From NCBI RefSeq assembly GCF_000143415.4, contig NW_003314403.1:190316-254315 (forward strand): DNA of 64,000 nt, in the 5' to 3' direction. The DNA is from Selaginella moellendorffii. Its lineage: Eukaryota > Plantae > Lycopodiophyta. The notes under the pieces were generated by a model that saw nothing but the letters and a program-made list of their open reading frames with translations, was not told where the DNA came from and did no database searches. Positions 61,701 to 64,000 of the stretch are shown piece by piece; the stretch's first letter is position 1, and the number at the start of each line of letters is the position of its first letter. Position numbers and translations under genes: made by a program.

Positions 61701-64000
61701 CTTTTGGGGCTAAGGCAATTGAGTTGGATAGAGTCTGGAGTTGGTGTAGAAAAGTGGCTGTGCACTTTTCTTTGAAAGGTGACCCTTGGACCTTTCTTTT
61801 GTAGCGTTGTGCTTGGTGGCAGGTTGCACCTTGCATTACGTTAGACTCTATGAGAGTAGTGAGCTCTCACTAATCTTGACTTAGTCTTGGTGGACCTGTG
61901 CCTTGGCTGAGGATGGTGATGTCCAACTTAGTTGTTTAAGGTTGAAATGTTGGTATTCATACTATAGCTATATCTATGAGGAGGTTGTGTACTGATATGA
62001 GTCCATCTTATGGTCTTCACTTTAGTTTCGACTGAATGTTGATTGCATAGCTAGCTTCTTCCAGGCATGCTCAGAGCTTTTGGCTAAATGCATTAGTGAG
62101 CTTATTATGGTTGAGTTGGATTCGAGTGGTCATTTAGTTTATGTTTGTCTATGAACTTTTATCTCGTACTTGGGGTATCATATTCATGTTGGACAAGTAT
62201 ATAACTTGATAACAAGAGTTAGTGTTTGGGTCTTGTGAAGGCAAGTTGAGGGGTGATTGTTAGTTGCTTTGTGACTAGTGATTACTTGTAGACTTAGTCA
62301 AGGACTGTTGACACTTGTTTTGCTCGATGATGATTTAGCAGTGATGGGCTTGCTTTACTGGATGATGTTGCAGAGGATCGTGTCATTAGACTTACATGGT
62401 TTTTCCATGTTGACATGTTGACTCTACCTCTGTCGATATCATTTGGTTACATCTAGTCCGTAGTGTTGGATTTCATTGAGTTTTGGACGTGGTGAATCAC
62501 TCCTTGATGAAGTGTTATCTATAACTGAGTTTTGTTGGAGGATTGGTCTCGGATACTGACTAAGGTATCTTCGACTTTGGTTAGCTTGGTTGTTGGAGAG
62601 TTTTGAGTGGTGATTCACTCGTGTTTTCTTCTAGCTTTGTTTTGGTGTTGATGGCATTGAAGTGATGCTTTGTCATTGACATTGTTATTATTGAGATCTG
62701 AGTGAAATAAGATATCCTTCCAAGGATTGATATTGAATTTCATTAGTCTTGATGAATATAGTGTTAATGATTTGGCTATAGCTTTGTGTTATTGGCATTC
62801 ATGCATTTGCTAGTTAGCAACTGTGTTAACGTTCAAACGAACTAAGTGGCAAGTTGAGTTAGTTGTATTCTAGACGAGATTATTTAGTAGAGAGTTGAGC
62901 TTTAGCTTTTCCTTGAAAAGTGATTTAGTTGTGGACTATGCTAACTCTACAAGAGGAAGAGTTAGTGATCGATATTAGAATGTTGACTCCTTGCTAGATT
63001 TGAGTTCGGGATATAGCGATCATTAATGATTCTTTTTGGGCTTGTTATGAAGTGAGTTATGTCTTGTTATAGATGGATTTATGGAGGATCGTTTGATGAT
63101 TACTTGTCGAGCATAGCTTTGTTATGCTTAGCTTTTGGATTGATGCAGACATGCTTTTTATTAGCTTTGGCATTATGAAGTTTGGCTTATGGATGTGTTG
63201 AGGAAGATATTGTGAGTTGCATCACGATTTCTTCTTTAGCATTGAAGTTGGTTTATGCGAGACTCGTGATCATTGTTAGACAAGACTTGGCTATGGCTTC
63301 TTCGAGCTTTTGGTTCTTTGAGTTTTATGCTTATTGTTCCATTTGTTAGAAGTTGTTGGGGGAAGGCATTTTGGCTTGTTAGCTTCAATGTTGAAGTTGG
63401 TTTTTGCATCTAGCAATCATTGGTGATGATTGACTATCATCTAGGATAGTTGATTATCCTTGTCAAAGGTTTTGCTTGATTATTGTTAATCTAGAATGAT
63501 TTACCATTCTTTGGGATGGTGGATTCTTTCTTCGATGACGATTATACATTTCTCTATTGATGGGATGATTAATGATCTTTCATGATGGTTAGTTGTTTCC
63601 TTTGATGGCTTATGGCTTTTCGCCATACCAAATATTCTTTGTGGTTTGCTCTGGATTAGTCTCTGGGGTTTGAGACATCAGTAGGATGTTGCTAACATTT
63701 GCGTAAGCAATTTGAGTACCTTTGTATTGTTGACCGAGATCTATTCAAATTAGCTTATATGGTAATTGGCATGAATGGGTGTTTGTTAGTTTTACCACAT
63801 TCATTCTATTCTGTTGATTGTTGCTCGAGTTAGTTCTGATAGATTAGGATGTTATTTCCTTCGGGTAATACATTTGCGAGCATTGTGCTTGTCGGTTAAG
63901 GATACTTTGTGTTCTTTGAGTTATTTTTCGTAGGTTGTTTAGCATACTGTCTACAATCTTCGGTAGTTAAGTTTTCTCATTGAGTTTACTTGATGATATA
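58731..64000 (+). mobile_element. Second family-A LARD-like element (5' LTR 58731-59880, PBS ~59883-59893, interior runs off the window), abutting the gypsy RT remnant
   Basis: LTR TGTCGCAAAT...GTGCTACA followed by TTTGGTATTAGAG. The interior is the reverse complement of ~50560-45990. Confidence 0.88.

Overview
Eukaryotic land-plant nuclear DNA. The ~50-60 nt introns, very short intergenic spacers, KAC kinesin, PLS-class PPR gene and plant USE/TATA snRNA promoters suggest a lycophyte such as Selaginella (inference). Two compact gene islands are present. 1-14.1 kb holds an FAD monooxygenase (3' part), U2 snRNA, KAC kinesin-14, dynamin DRP1 and a PLS-E PPR gene. 31-36.5 kb holds U6 snRNA, a CASP-like gene, a fasciclin-like AGP, SDS22 and a Tim17-family gene. 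Between them (14.5-31 kb) lies a rearranged accessory region built around one apparently intact five-exon gene encoding a coiled-coil header + P-loop NTPase + PD-(D/E)xK-like nuclease (Crinkler/CR-effector-like architecture, ~800 aa). Three decayed paralogues in alternating orientation surround it, mixed with hAT, Ty3/gypsy and copia remnants, a TIR-bounded element and captured lipase/PPR fragments. From 38.8 kb to the end is nested LTR-retroelement DNA: inverted solo LTRs, two copies of an ORF-less LARD-like element, a chromodomain Ty3/gypsy pol remnant, and an orphan CCCH-finger-like ORF. One LARD copy carries two independent solo LTRs with a 5S rRNA internal promoter (Cassandra-like); each has its own 5-bp TSD, and the empty sites are visible in the second LARD copy. 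There are three 100-N assembly gaps.
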